Positions 8,612-18,136 of a stretch of DNA of 37,641 nucleotides are shown here, piece by piece. A program made the position numbers and the translations under genes. This stretch comes from a virus (taxonomy: Duplodnaviria > Caudoviricetes), in the IMG/VR virus record IMGVR_UViG_3300036987_000537, positions 1-37,641 of that record; one strand, written 5' to 3'. Positions within the stretch are counted from its first letter, which is position 1. Every line of letters begins with the position of its first letter. Under the pieces are notes generated by a model. The model searched no databases and had not been told where the DNA came from. It saw only the letters and a list, made by a program, of their open reading frames with translations.

Positions 8612-10579
8612 TTAACTCATATTCAGAACGCCGGCCGCTTTCAATTCGCGCCCGATGATGAGCGAGAATTCCGATATCCCGTCATTGCCGACAAGGGCCG
8701 AGGTGTACACCTGGACGTTGACGGTCAGGTCGCGGGGCTTCTGGTATGTTGCGTTACCTCCTGTTGTTCCGGATCCGGTATAGCCTTGCTGGACCAGATC
8801 GTCAGTGCTGATCTTGTCCAGTTGGCCATCGTTCAAGGCGCGGTACTCCATCAGTGCGATATCTTTTCCGCCCCAGATATTGTTGATCTTGTTGTACGCC
8901 CGTAGCAGCCCGTTTACCAGGTAGGTGACTGCGTTGTAGATCATGTTGCCAACAGCGATAAATAAATTACCAACAGGAAGAATTGCATAATTATAAAACC
9001 AGACAAACGCTAGGGAAAGAGCGGTGACGATCGGGCCTAGGGCTGCAATCGCAGGAGCAAGGATCTTTCCCAGGGTAGCACCAACAATGTTCAAGATGCC
9101 GACAAGCGGCTGGAGCACGGAATCTACCAGCGGCCCGATCACGTTCATCATGGCCTGGAAGATTGTCTGCAGGGGATTCAGGATAGCTGTCACGGAAGTA
9201 AATGATTTCACTACATCCATTACTGGACCGACAATGCTTGAGATCAGCTCCATTAGGGGGCTGGCAAAATCGAATCCGAAGTCACTGCCAGTGCCCTTGG
9301 CGTAACCCGGAATACCCAAAGACTTGGCGGCGGAGGTGAGCCGATTGTTGGGAATTACTGTTTCTCCACCACGCATTATGACAAGCTCCGGGCCTTCCTC
9401 GCCTACTATTGCCACACCAGGAGATGCAGAGCCGGTACCTCGGGCATATCGGTTGCCGCCCGTGATTGGTGCATTGACCGCCCTGCTTGCATTGTTCTGG
9501 CCGCTTGTCAAAAGGAAATCCTTTGCCTTACCGATACCCTCTACTACCAGAGTGATTGCATCGATCAACGGGCTGAATGCGTTTTTTATAACGCCTACAA
9601 CATCAAGGACTATTTGCTTGAAGCTATCCCATACCCGCTTCCAGTCACCGGTTATGATGCCGCTTACAATGCTCAGGGTTTCTTTAAGGATTGATCCGAC
9701 CAGGCGGATATTCGGGCCGATTACCGTTGTCCAGGTATTCGCAAACCAGGTCATGATTGGTTCAACTGCTGGCCTCAGGTCGGTTATGAATTTCTCTACA
9801 TTCTCGAATACTTCCTGTACGATCGGGGCAAAGCTTTTGATTACCGGTATTACTGGGTCGTTTATAAAATCCACCAGCGCGCCGAGAATTGGAAGCACTG
9901 CTGGCATGATTGCTTCCCCGAGTGATTCCTGCATATCGCCCCAGCTGGATTTGAAGGAAGCCAAAGCCACAGACGCGGAACCTGATAGCCTCTCGGCGTA
10001 GCCTGCGTATTTCTGCCCGACAATATCTATGGCTGCTCCGCCTTTGAGCTGTTCCTCTGTCAGATCTTTCAGTTCAGGGATAAGCTGGCCCATCCTGCCT
10101 TGTGTCCCGGAGAAACTTTTATTCAGGTCCTCGATCGTTGTCTTGAAATCCTTGCCGGTGGCTGCAGAATAATCCGCGGCGGCGGCAATCATGCTGCGGG
10201 TCTGTTCTTCATTGCGTCCGGAGGCGATGAGCATGGCCTGGATGGCGATGGTCGTTTCGTCCCCGATTCCGGTCAAAGCCTGCAGTTCGGAAGCGTACTG
10301 GATCAAGCCTTCGGCTGCATCCTTGTTGACATTGTCTGAAAGCTCAATTGCCGAGTTGAGATTGATTACAGCGCGTTCCTGGACTGCGTAGAGGTTGAGT
10401 ACTTCGGATACGGATGAGGCGATTTTCTGGATAGCCCCAACTACATCTCCTGCGGTTACGGTAATATTCTCCAGGAAGCCCTTGGAATCCTCGCCCATTT
10501 TCTTCATGGACCCGGATGCCTGGAGCGCTGCCTGTGAGACTGTTTCCCGTCCGTTGATCTCTACGGTTACGCTGCTCAT
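8612..10579 (-). CDS. Tape measure protein, 655 aa
   Basis: Helical, Ala/Ile-rich with periodic W/F; YARGT...VGEEGPELV...GETVIPN and IPGYAKGT motifs; follows the tail chaperones. Confidence 0.92.
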   Translation of the reverse strand: MSSVTVEINGRETVSQAALQASGSMKKMGEDSKGFLENITVTAGDVVGAIQKIASSVSEVLNLYAVQERAVINLNSAIELSDNVNKDAAEGLIQYASELQALTGIGDETTIAIQAMLIASGRNEEQTRSMIAAAADYSAATGKDFKTTIEDLNKSFSGTQGRMGQLIPELKDLTEEQLKGGAAIDIVGQKYAGYAERLSGSASVALASFKSSWGDMQESLGEAIMPAVLPILGALVDFINDPVIPVIKSFAPIVQEVFENVEKFITDLRPAVEPIMTWFANTWTTVIGPNIRLVGSILKETLSIVSGIITGDWKRVWDSFKQIVLDVVGVIKNAFSPLIDAITLVVEGIGKAKDFLLTSGQNNASRAVNAPITGGNRYARGTGSASPGVAIVGEEGPELVIMRGGETVIPNNRLTSAAKSLGIPGYAKGTGSDFGFDFASPLMELISSIVGPVMDVVKSFTSVTAILNPLQTIFQAMMNVIGPLVDSVLQPLVGILNIVGATLGKILAPAIAALGPIVTALSLAFVWFYNYAILPVGNLFIAVGNMIYNAVTYLVNGLLRAYNKINNIWGGKDIALMEYRALNDGQLDKISTDDLVQQGYTGSGTTGGNATYQKPRDLTVNVQVYTSALVGNDGISEFSLIIGRELKAAGVLNMS

Positions 10580-10869
10580 TACCCCTCAGCCTTCTTGTTC
10601 ATCAGCTCTACCCATCGCCCCCGCGCGATGGAATAAATCAGCATGTCCCGTGCGACCTGCTGCCGGTATGATCCGGGGTCCGGTAGATGCCTGATGGTTC
10701 CCTTGCCATCAATCATCTCGGACATGTCCCGGACCCATGGTCCCCACGCCAGCAAGGCGCTGCGTGGGTCTAGTCCGTCGATGTCTCCGCATCCGTCTTC
10801 AAAGCTTGATCCGTCGAAGATCCATTCGGTGACGTCCCTGATTTGTGAGACGTCCTGAGCCCCAAAGGG
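10579..10869 (-). CDS. Tail assembly chaperone T segment (G-T fusion via -1 frameshift)
   Basis: The -1 frame is open from slippery C CCT TTG (10869-10863) to a TAA overlapping the TMP ATG; it encodes ...HLPDPGSYRQQVARDM.... Confidence 0.8.
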   Translation of the reverse strand, partial: PFGAQDVSQIRDVTEWIFDGSSFEDGCGDIDGLDPRSALLAWGPWVRDMSEMIDGKGTIRHLPDPGSYRQQVARDMLIYSIARGRWVELMNKKAEG

Positions 10870-11339
10870 AGGTTCTGCTCCTTCACCAGCGCCAGGATCT
10901 CATTGGCGATGTCGGCGTATCCCATAACCTCTGCGGCCCATTCCTGGGTTGCTTTTTCCGGATCGCCGTTGAAGTTGTGATCTTCGATGCCGTGCAGGAT
11001 CCGGAGCGTGTTCTCCTCGACCTTGCCGACCATGTCCGCACTGGCGTTCTGCATCACGATCATTGCAATGTCGCTTTGAGCCTGCGCGGTAAGACCAGCC
11101 ATTTCCTCGGCATCACTGCCGGGAGCGGGCATCTGGTTCATCAGGGATGTGGCGATCTGCTTTGACTTTCCGATAGCCCTGGTCTGCGCTGCCAGGATTT
11201 CAGCCTCTCCCTGCTTGGTGTACCGGCGCGGCCGCACCCAGTAGTCGGGCATAGATTCAAGCTCGATCTTCTCCCCGATGGCTACCCGGTCGGCTGCAAT
11301 TTTCCAGTTGATGGTCTTCACTATTTTCTTTCCGCTCAT
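10770..11339 (-). CDS. Tail assembly chaperone G
   Basis: Between tube and TMP genes; contains the slippery heptamer near its 3' end. Confidence 0.8.
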   Translation of the reverse strand: MSGKKIVKTINWKIAADRVAIGEKIELESMPDYWVRPRRYTKQGEAEILAAQTRAIGKSKQIATSLMNQMPAPGSDAEEMAGLTAQAQSDIAMIVMQNASADMVGKVEENTLRILHGIEDHNFNGDPEKATQEWAAEVMGYADIANEILALVKEQNLPLGLRTSHKSGTSPNGSSTDQALKTDAETSTD

Positions 11340-11353
11340 GCTGCCTGTGCCTT

Positions 11354-12658
11354 TCAGTACGCCGCTGCGTCAGCGGTCAGGATCGAGATTGATACCGGTG
11401 GTTCGTAATGCGTAACAGTCCCGGGATTGAAAGCCTTGAATTTGATTCCAAGATCCAGGGAGTCCCCGTTGGCTTCCGGCTTTGGAGTCTCGGAGATTTC
11501 CGCATACGGGATTTCCACCAGCATGAGTCCCTTCACGGAATGGTTGAAGGTGTTCTCGACTTCGAAGTACAGGAACTGCATCGCAAGCGCAACGCCGCTT
11601 TCAGCCTTCGCGCGCTCCAGGACAGAAACAGCATCGAGGCGGAGTGTGAGCCCGCCTTCCGCCAAGAACTTCCCGCGCTCATGGTACGAACGATCCAGGG
11701 AATCCTGGCCGTACCCGTCGGCCATCATCGAGTTGTCGAAGCTTATATTGTGCTTGCGGACGTTGGCGTACTTGGTGCCAGCAACGGAGGTGAATCCCCC
11801 GCCGAATCGGTAGGGCTTTGCGGAGGGAACTGCCAGGACAGAAGCTACCTGCGCCGCTGTTTCCTTCATGCCCATGACATCGATGTCGGCTTCCACGTCG
11901 GCCTTCAGGGCTGCGCTCAAGCTAAGCTTGCCCATGGCAACGCCGTCGTACAGGTAGTTATCCTCGTATCCATCACGCTGGATGGAATAGGTCGGACGGG
12001 CGGAACCCAGCGTGAGATCCGGAGTGAACCTGTGGAGGTGTGCGCCGCTTCCGGATCCGGTCAGCCATAGGAAAGCCCACTTGCCCTTGCCCTGGAATGT
12101 ACCGGCAACAACGGACACGATGGCGGTGGCGGCTACCCCTGTCACGATCTCGCATTCGTAATCCGTGTATGCGTTGATGACATCCCGCAACTCGCCGACA
12201 GTGTCCACTGCGGGGGCTGTGAGGGTTAGTGTCCCGGAGGTTCCGAAGGCTGCATCATTGGCCTCGGATCCGAGGGCGCCGATCTTGGAGTTGATCGTCT
12301 TTGCCGACAGGTCCGTGGTCAGCTTACAGGAAGCGGAGGCTCCCTTGTATTTGATCCTGATGAGCCCTACGATTTCAGCCGGGGTACCTTCGGCTCCGAA
12401 CTGACCCTTGAGGACATGACCCCAGCCGGTACAAGGCCGTGGTGACAGCGGGATGCTGCCCTTGACGTCCCCGGCGACGGCATACTCTCCGACATCCATT
12501 CCGAGCCCTGCGATGAGCGGATCGGTCTTCTTGATGATGTCCCGGTCCAGGCTCCCGATGTCACGGATAGGCAGAACCGCAGTACGCGCAACCGCAGTAC
12601 CGGGAGTGCTTCCGGATTCCTTGCCGATCGTGTATTTGACCGACTGTTTCAACGCCAT
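11354..12658 (-). CDS. Major tail tube protein, 434 aa
   Basis: Position; GKES..PGTAV N-terminus, HxFTP and beta-rich pattern typical of siphovirus tube proteins; GGAGG RBS. Confidence 0.8.
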   Translation of the reverse strand: MALKQSVKYTIGKESGSTPGTAVARTAVLPIRDIGSLDRDIIKKTDPLIAGLGMDVGEYAVAGDVKGSIPLSPRPCTGWGHVLKGQFGAEGTPAEIVGLIRIKYKGASASCKLTTDLSAKTINSKIGALGSEANDAAFGTSGTLTLTAPAVDTVGELRDVINAYTDYECEIVTGVAATAIVSVVAGTFQGKGKWAFLWLTGSGSGAHLHRFTPDLTLGSARPTYSIQRDGYEDNYLYDGVAMGKLSLSAALKADVEADIDVMGMKETAAQVASVLAVPSAKPYRFGGGFTSVAGTKYANVRKHNISFDNSMMADGYGQDSLDRSYHERGKFLAEGGLTLRLDAVSVLERAKAESGVALAMQFLYFEVENTFNHSVKGLMLVEIPYAEISETPKPEANGDSLDLGIKFKAFNPGTVTHYEPPVSISILTADAAAY

Positions 12659-12684
12659 AATTACCTCCCTATCCGCGCTGCGGA

Positions 12685-13197
12685 TTATTCACAGATGATC
12701 TCAAACCGTGCGGTCATGTTGACCACAAGGAATCCTGTATCCTTGCCGGGCAACTCGTCTTTGTCTGCGCCGACCACCTTGGCTTCTTCGACAAGCCCGC
12801 CCAGTGTGACATTGCTCCCAACTGCCTGGACGATCGCGTCCGCGTACCGGAGCAGTGCACTAAGCAGCTTCCCGTTCTTCGATTCAGACAGGGCCAGCAC
12901 CAGCATGATTTTCAAGGTTATCTTTTCTGAATTCTGCCCTGACCACTCGACATCGAAATCATCTAAGTTGACCATCAGGAATGGAAACGGTCCGGTTGAT
13001 GGGATCGATGTCACTACTGAAACCCGCTTGAGAGCCGGGGGATTGAATACCGATCCGGCAGGCTGGAAAATCGCGGGAAAGGTGATGCTTCCCGGCCAGG
13101 ATGCCATGTCGGCATTAACCTTGGTCAGATACGTGGGCACATTGTTTGCCATCCAGACGGCGATTCCGTACAGGATGGGCTCGATGTTTGCGTACAT
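12685..13197 (-). CDS. Putative tail terminator/completion protein
   Basis: Position just upstream of the tube gene; PFP motif and TLGGLV near the C-terminus. Confidence 0.6.
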   Translation of the reverse strand: MYANIEPILYGIAVWMANNVPTYLTKVNADMASWPGSITFPAIFQPAGSVFNPPALKRVSVVTSIPSTGPFPFLMVNLDDFDVEWSGQNSEKITLKIMLVLALSESKNGKLLSALLRYADAIVQAVGSNVTLGGLVEEAKVVGADKDELPGKDTGFLVVNMTARFEIICE

Positions 13198-13742
13198 CAG
13201 TCAAGCCCTCCCGGTATATATCTGCCTTCTTTAGCAAGCCTTTTGATCTCTTTGCCCATGACTTCTTCTTCAGTTTGGGCGAACTTGGCTGTCCACGGGA
13301 ACGATCTTCTTGAGGCGGACATGAAGGGCCTCTCTCTGCCGCGGACCTCTCCACGAACGAAAACAAACTCTCCGTTGTCGCCCATGAAGCGGAGGGCTTT
13401 TTTATTTTTTGGGCGGACAGTGTATCCGCCGGAGTGTTCATAGATGTTTGCCAGTTTTATGGCGTTCGCGTTGTAGGTTCCATCGGCCTTGTTTTTTACA
13501 CCTTTGGAACCGACCAGGTAGACGAACTTGAATCCGCGCTTCTTGCCAACTACGACTGATCTTTTCAGGGTGCCGGTTTGTTCCCTTAGCATGCCCCCGG
13601 AAAGATAGTCGGTAAGCAGGTGCTTGCGGTACCGGTAGGCTACGATCCGGAGTGTCTTGTCTACCAGCCTCGGCGCATGGTCAGAGAATTTGGCAAAGTT
13701 TTCTTCGAGGTTGCCATTCACAATTACCGTTAGGCCGATCAT
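13197..13742 (-). CDS. Neck protein, HK97 gp10-like
   Basis: Start re-assigned to MIGLTVIV (ATGA overlap at 13739-13742); TGTLKRS, YEH.G, PKNKKALRF and RPFM motifs. Confidence 0.75.
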   Translation of the reverse strand: MIGLTVIVNGNLEENFAKFSDHAPRLVDKTLRIVAYRYRKHLLTDYLSGGMLREQTGTLKRSVVVGKKRGFKFVYLVGSKGVKNKADGTYNANAIKLANIYEHSGGYTVRPKNKKALRFMGDNGEFVFVRGEVRGRERPFMSASRRSFPWTAKFAQTEEEVMGKEIKRLAKEGRYIPGGLD

Positions 13743-14338
13743 ATCGAGTCCCTGAAATCGCGGAGCATTTCCTTGATATTCATTGGCATGTCTAGCTCCC
13801 ACGAGACATTCATGCCGTCCGCATTTGTCTGGGACCGCATGCCGATAAACCCTGTGGCGCCTAGCCGCCCTGCCATCCACTTGACCAGCTCGAAGCAAGC
13901 TCCCTGGATGATCTGCCATTCCGGACTGGAGGCAGCATAGCCAGCGTTGCATTCCAGCTTGACCGTGGCCGGCATATCCGGGAAGCACCGGGAGAACAAA
14001 CGTATAAAGCCGGTCTTTGCGTAGAACGTGTAGTCAGAGGAATCGAGCAGGCTCCCGGCGCCGAAGGCCCTGTCGGTGTCGATGTAAAGCCCGGTGATTG
14101 CGTTGACCGGATAATGCGGAGAGATGAGGGTTTCGCGCCCGGTCCCGTCGAGGATCAGTGCGGTGCCTCCGGTATAGGCGGTGGCCTTGAGGCTCCGCTT
14201 GCAGAACTGCTCGATGCGGCTGGATCCCTGGTTGATGAGTGTTTGATACCTGTCCTGCTCGTCATCATCGGTGATGCCGAACATGGCCTTGTATTCCGCC
14301 CATGAGATTATTGCATTGGCAGCTACTGCTACTGGCAT
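13739..14338 (-). CDS. Head-tail adaptor/connector protein (gp6/gp15-like)
   Basis: ISWAEYKAM..I...D...LI...S.RIEQFCKR...AGY pattern; position after capsid genes. Confidence 0.8.
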   Translation of the reverse strand: MPVAVAANAIISWAEYKAMFGITDDDEQDRYQTLINQGSSRIEQFCKRSLKATAYTGGTALILDGTGRETLISPHYPVNAITGLYIDTDRAFGAGSLLDSSDYTFYAKTGFIRLFSRCFPDMPATVKLECNAGYAASSPEWQIIQGACFELVKWMAGRLGATGFIGMRSQTNADGMNVSWELDMPMNIKEMLRDFRDSI

Positions 14339-14424
14339 TGATTACCTTCCAGTCTTTTAAAGGCCTCAGCCAGGGCATGCGTATCCGGATGGACGGTCAT
14401 AGCCCTGGCAGAGGTTTCCATTGG

Positions 14425-14853
14425 TTACGCTACCGCCCGGCCAGGATCGCCCTTGACCAGAATGGCTGCCATCGGAGTACCGGCGGCATGGGTGCCGGTA
14501 AAATCGGCAAGCAGCTTGAGGTAGCGCTTGCCTCCCCTGTAGCCAACCTTGGTCACGGTCGCCGCAGCATGGGCGGCTATCAAGCTATGTATGATGCCGC
14601 CAGTGCCTACCGAGTCGAGGCCGAGCATGTCATCCACGGTCACGGCCTCGTAATTGGCTCCATCGTCCGAATGGGTGAGCTTGAATTCCACCTTGTTGCT
14701 GGTGGTGAAGGTGATGCCGCCTACGCCTACAGCAATGACGATTTCAGCCGACTCGAAGCCGAGCAGATCAGCTGCAGTGGGAGTGTTGTCAGCTTCATGC
14801 GTGGCTGCTGGTATGAGCTGATCAACGGCTACTATGCTATGAAGATCCTTCAT
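14425..14853 (-). CDS. Putative head decoration protein
   Basis: Small beta-rich protein after the major capsid gene; DLLGFES, LTHSDD and GYRGGKRY motifs. Confidence 0.6.
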   Translation of the reverse strand: MKDLHSIVAVDQLIPAATHEADNTPTAADLLGFESAEIVIAVGVGGITFTTSNKVEFKLTHSDDGANYEAVTVDDMLGLDSVGTGGIIHSLIAAHAAATVTKVGYRGGKRYLKLLADFTGTHAAGTPMAAILVKGDPGRAVA

Positions 14854-14877
14854 GTCCTTGTCTCCTTGGTTCAGAAT

Positions 14878-14899
14878 CGGGCGGGGCTAAGCCCGCCCG
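14878..14899 (-). terminator. GC-rich hairpin after the major capsid gene (weak terminator or stabiliser)
   Basis: CGGGCGGG/CCCGCCCG 8-bp stem with a 6-nt loop; poor U-tract. Confidence 0.55.
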
Positions 14900-14917
14900 T
14901 ATTGCGCTTTAGCCCTC

Positions 14918-16123
14918 TCAGCTCGTTCCGAACTTCATGAGCTTGATGGCCTCGAAGTTGCGAACACCGGCGCCCAGGCGTTTGGTAGTGTAGAACTCCA
15001 CAAAACCCTTGGTGCTGTACGGATCGCGCAGGATCGAGATTCCGGCGCGGTCGCGGATCGCGTACCCGCGCTTGAAGTTGCCGAAAATCAGGGAGTAAGA
15101 ATCCGCTCCCATGACCGGGACGTTGCCGTCCGAGTACACCGGATATCCGATGATGGTCGATGGATTCCCGGCCACCAGTGACGGCTGCCATAGGTAGCCA
15201 TAGGTGTTCTTGAACTTGCGGATGGCCGCTATGACGGTGTCATCTGCGATGAACGCAGCACCATTGCGGTACTTGCCTTTCAGGGCGTGCACAAGGTCGA
15301 TGATGTTGTCTGCCGGGTTGGTGGCATGGAAGCCGCCGGACACTCCGGTATGGACGTACCCAAGCTTGCCCCATGCATAGCTGGCGTTCGCCACCTTGTC
15401 GTAGGACAGAATGCCGCGCGGCCGCTTCGGGGTGTTACCCGATATGAAAGCTGCTCCCTCAAGCTCTCCGAAGGTTATGCCAGCTTCATCCTGCAGCCAG
15501 GCGGCTACGTCGGCTTCGGCATCGTCCAGGAGATCCTGGGAGGCCTTGGGCTTGGCGTACATATCCTTTACGTTGATGACGATTTCGTCGAGCTCGGGAG
15601 TGTCGGTCTCCCCCCGTACATCGCGCTCGCCCACCCAGCCACCGCCTGCACCACTGGTAGTCACATGCAGCTTGACTTCGGCACTGCGGGTGGCCCTTAC
15701 ATCGGCAAGCTGCCGCATAGGGCTGATAGTCTCGGCGACACGATCCATCCCGGCCTCAAACTCGGGCATGACAAGGAACCCGCCGTCCGGATTACTGTCC
15801 CGGGTAGCGGCCGCCCTGAAGTACCCTTTGTCCGACGCCTGGTGAGCCCAGTCGTTGAATTCGCGCCTGATCTCGGCGTCTCGATGATTGCCCATCCCGC
15901 CAGCCCCACCCAGGTTCATGCGGTTGACCTGGGCCTGCAGGGCGGACAGCTCGTCCACGAGCTTCTGGTTCTTGGCCACATCCACATCGATCTTGGCCAG
16001 CTTCGCTTCCAGCTCGGCAACGCCCTGCCCTTTTTCCATGGCAGCCAGGCGCTCGTCATTGGTCTTGCGGTAATCGGCCCAGGATTTCTGAAGCTCTTCC
16101 AGGGCCTTTTTCAGTTCGTCCAT
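14918..16123 (-). CDS. Major capsid protein, HK97 fold
   Basis: N-terminal coiled-coil delta domain, DGGFLV.PE, FISG...KRPRGIL, YLWQP, FGNFKRGY, RDPYS.KGFVEFY. Confidence 0.97.
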   Translation of the reverse strand: MDELKKALEELQKSWADYRKTNDERLAAMEKGQGVAELEAKLAKIDVDVAKNQKLVDELSALQAQVNRMNLGGAGGMGNHRDAEIRREFNDWAHQASDKGYFRAAATRDSNPDGGFLVMPEFEAGMDRVAETISPMRQLADVRATRSAEVKLHVTTSGAGGGWVGERDVRGETDTPELDEIVINVKDMYAKPKASQDLLDDAEADVAAWLQDEAGITFGELEGAAFISGNTPKRPRGILSYDKVANASYAWGKLGYVHTGVSGGFHATNPADNIIDLVHALKGKYRNGAAFIADDTVIAAIRKFKNTYGYLWQPSLVAGNPSTIIGYPVYSDGNVPVMGADSYSLIFGNFKRGYAIRDRAGISILRDPYSTKGFVEFYTTKRLGAGVRNFEAIKLMKFGTS

Positions 16124-16134
16124 CTGGGGACTCC

Positions 16135-16932
16135 TTATTTCAGGGTTTGGGCAGCACCATGCAGTGCTGCGATGAGGCTTTCGACATCGTCCAGGGCTTG
16201 CCCAGCATCCCGCTGGTAAGCCCTGAAGCCGCGAGAGGCAAGCGTTTCTGCCTCTGCCCGGGAGAACCCTGCATCCCGCAGGAATCCCTCGTAGTCTCGA
16301 ATGGTCTTTATTTCAGCAGCCTTGTTCCTTGGCGCGAACGCCTTGGGAGGATGCTGGAATCCGATCTTGGAAAGGTCGAACACGGACAGCGCTGCAGCTT
16401 TGGCGGTCTTTCGCACGGAGGATGCAAAACCATGAGCCTGGGCTTCGTCGGCAGTCAGCCAGGTCTCATCGTCCATCATCTGTGCCACTTCCTCCCCAGC
16501 CAGACCGGATCGGGCGGCATAGATGTTGATCAGCTCGCCGCGCATCTTGTCCAGGACATCCGCAGTCTTCCGCAGTTCGTCGGCTTCTCCCCAGGTGATA
16601 GTCCAGGGGTTGTGGATCATGAAGTACGTCCCCTCATCCATGACCAGGCTCTTGCCGGCCAGAGCGACGATGGAGGCGATGGAGGCGGCAAGGCCGATCA
16701 CTTCGATGGTGATCCGGTCCCTGGCGGATGCCAGGATGTTGTATAGCGCCATCCCCTCGGTGACAGACCCTCCTGGGGAGTTGATGAACACCGTGATTTC
16801 TTTCCTGTCACGGATCAGGTCGAAGGCCTCTTTGAACTCAGAGACTGATATTCCCCATCCGCCAATCTCGTCAAAGATTGAGATCTCGGCAGAGTCGGCC
16901 TTGGCCTCCATGGCAAACCATTTACTTCTCAT
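16135..16932 (-). CDS. Prohead maturation protease, ClpP (S14) family
   Basis: INSPGGSV, GLAASIAS, FMIHNP, ETWLTA; likely start MRSKWF after GGAGG. Confidence 0.95.
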   Translation of the reverse strand: MRSKWFAMEAKADSAEISIFDEIGGWGISVSEFKEAFDLIRDRKEITVFINSPGGSVTEGMALYNILASARDRITIEVIGLAASIASIVALAGKSLVMDEGTYFMIHNPWTITWGEADELRKTADVLDKMRGELINIYAARSGLAGEEVAQMMDDETWLTADEAQAHGFASSVRKTAKAAALSVFDLSKIGFQHPPKAFAPRNKAAEIKTIRDYEGFLRDAGFSRAEAETLASRGFRAYQRDAGQALDDVESLIAALHGAAQTLK

Positions 16933-18136
16933 CGTCGCCCTCCTTGGAGGCATCTTTCATGTTGAGCGGCTCCAGGTATGTGTCGCCGCCTTCGATCGGG
17001 TTCATGTTCTCCCTGTCGCGGATATCGTTGGCAGACAGCCAGCCCCACTGGCGGCCGACTGCATAGGCCTTGTAGCGTGTTGCCACATCTCCACGCAGCA
17101 TCCCTTCTGCGTTGAATTCCGGGGCATATATTTTCGGAGCTGTGAACAATGACCGGTGAAGGCCCTGCTCGATCCTGACCAGCCAGGGTCTGATACAATG
17201 GGTCATGAACGAAAGCATGAACTGCTCTGCGCTGGCATAGGTGGCTGTCTGCTGGTCGGCTTGCAGCAGTATCAGTGGCACCCTGAACAGCCCCGCTATC
17301 TCGGAGCGTTGCAGTCGCCTGGTCTCTATGAACTGGGATTCGTCGGCGGTCATCGACAGCTTGGTGATGTCGGCACCGTCTTCAAGAATGGCAGTGCGTC
17401 GGGCGTTTGCCGATCCGCTGTATGCCTCGTTCCAGGATTCCCTGAGTCGCTTCAGGGCATCGGATGAAATTGATTTGGGATACTTGATCACTACGCCCGG
17501 GGTAGCGTCGTTGCGGAACAACTTACCGGAATACTCTTGCGTGGCAAGCGCGGAACCGATCAGGTCTTTTTGGTGGGAAATCACCGACCGGCCAATGATC
17601 CCATCAGGGCCGGGCATGGCACGGATATGCAGCACGTCTTTCTGCGCCAGGACTATGCGCCCGCCGTTCTCGCGTTGCACTTCGTACCCCAGAGAATAGT
17701 CGGGGAGTTGCTTGACTGTGGTACGGTCAGGATGCAGTGGGATCACATCGTCTATGATGTCGTCCCCGTGCTTCAATAGCGCCCCGTAATAGTTCCCTCG
17801 CAGAGCAAGATGTTCGACCATCTGTTCTCGCCACTCCATCGAGGTTTGCCATGGATTAGGCCTGAAATTGAGAAGATCATAATTCGGGTGTGCATAAGCT
17901 CTGACCTTCCCGCCATCTTCAAGCTTTTTATAAACATGAAGGGGCAGAGACCCTATTGTCTCTGCAATGATGCGGACACACGAATAAACAGTCGAAGAAG
18001 CAAGGGAGGTCTCATGATTGATCGACTTCCCGCTTGCGGATCCGCTGGCAATAAGCATGGCTGCCAGGTCGGATGAGCTCATATTCTTGACCACCCTAAG
18101 AGCCGCCCGCTGTATCAATCCTGGTTTCGCGCTCAT
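16922..18136 (-). CDS. Portal protein, HK97 family
   Basis: VYSCVRIIAETIGSLPL, RPNPWQT, LRGNYY, QFIETR, GWLSANDIR..ENM.PIEGGD. Confidence 0.97.
   Translation of the reverse strand: MSAKPGLIQRAALRVVKNMSSSDLAAMLIASGSASGKSINHETSLASSTVYSCVRIIAETIGSLPLHVYKKLEDGGKVRAYAHPNYDLLNFRPNPWQTSMEWREQMVEHLALRGNYYGALLKHGDDIIDDVIPLHPDRTTVKQLPDYSLGYEVQRENGGRIVLAQKDVLHIRAMPGPDGIIGRSVISHQKDLIGSALATQEYSGKLFRNDATPGVVIKYPKSISSDALKRLRESWNEAYSGSANARRTAILEDGADITKLSMTADESQFIETRRLQRSEIAGLFRVPLILLQADQQTATYASAEQFMLSFMTHCIRPWLVRIEQGLHRSLFTAPKIYAPEFNAEGMLRGDVATRYKAYAVGRQWGWLSANDIRDRENMNPIEGGDTYLEPLNMKDASKEGDDEK

Noticed and set aside
14330-14422. 30-codon ORF between the decoration and adaptor genes
   Set aside because: Very short with no clear RBS; cannot be supported.
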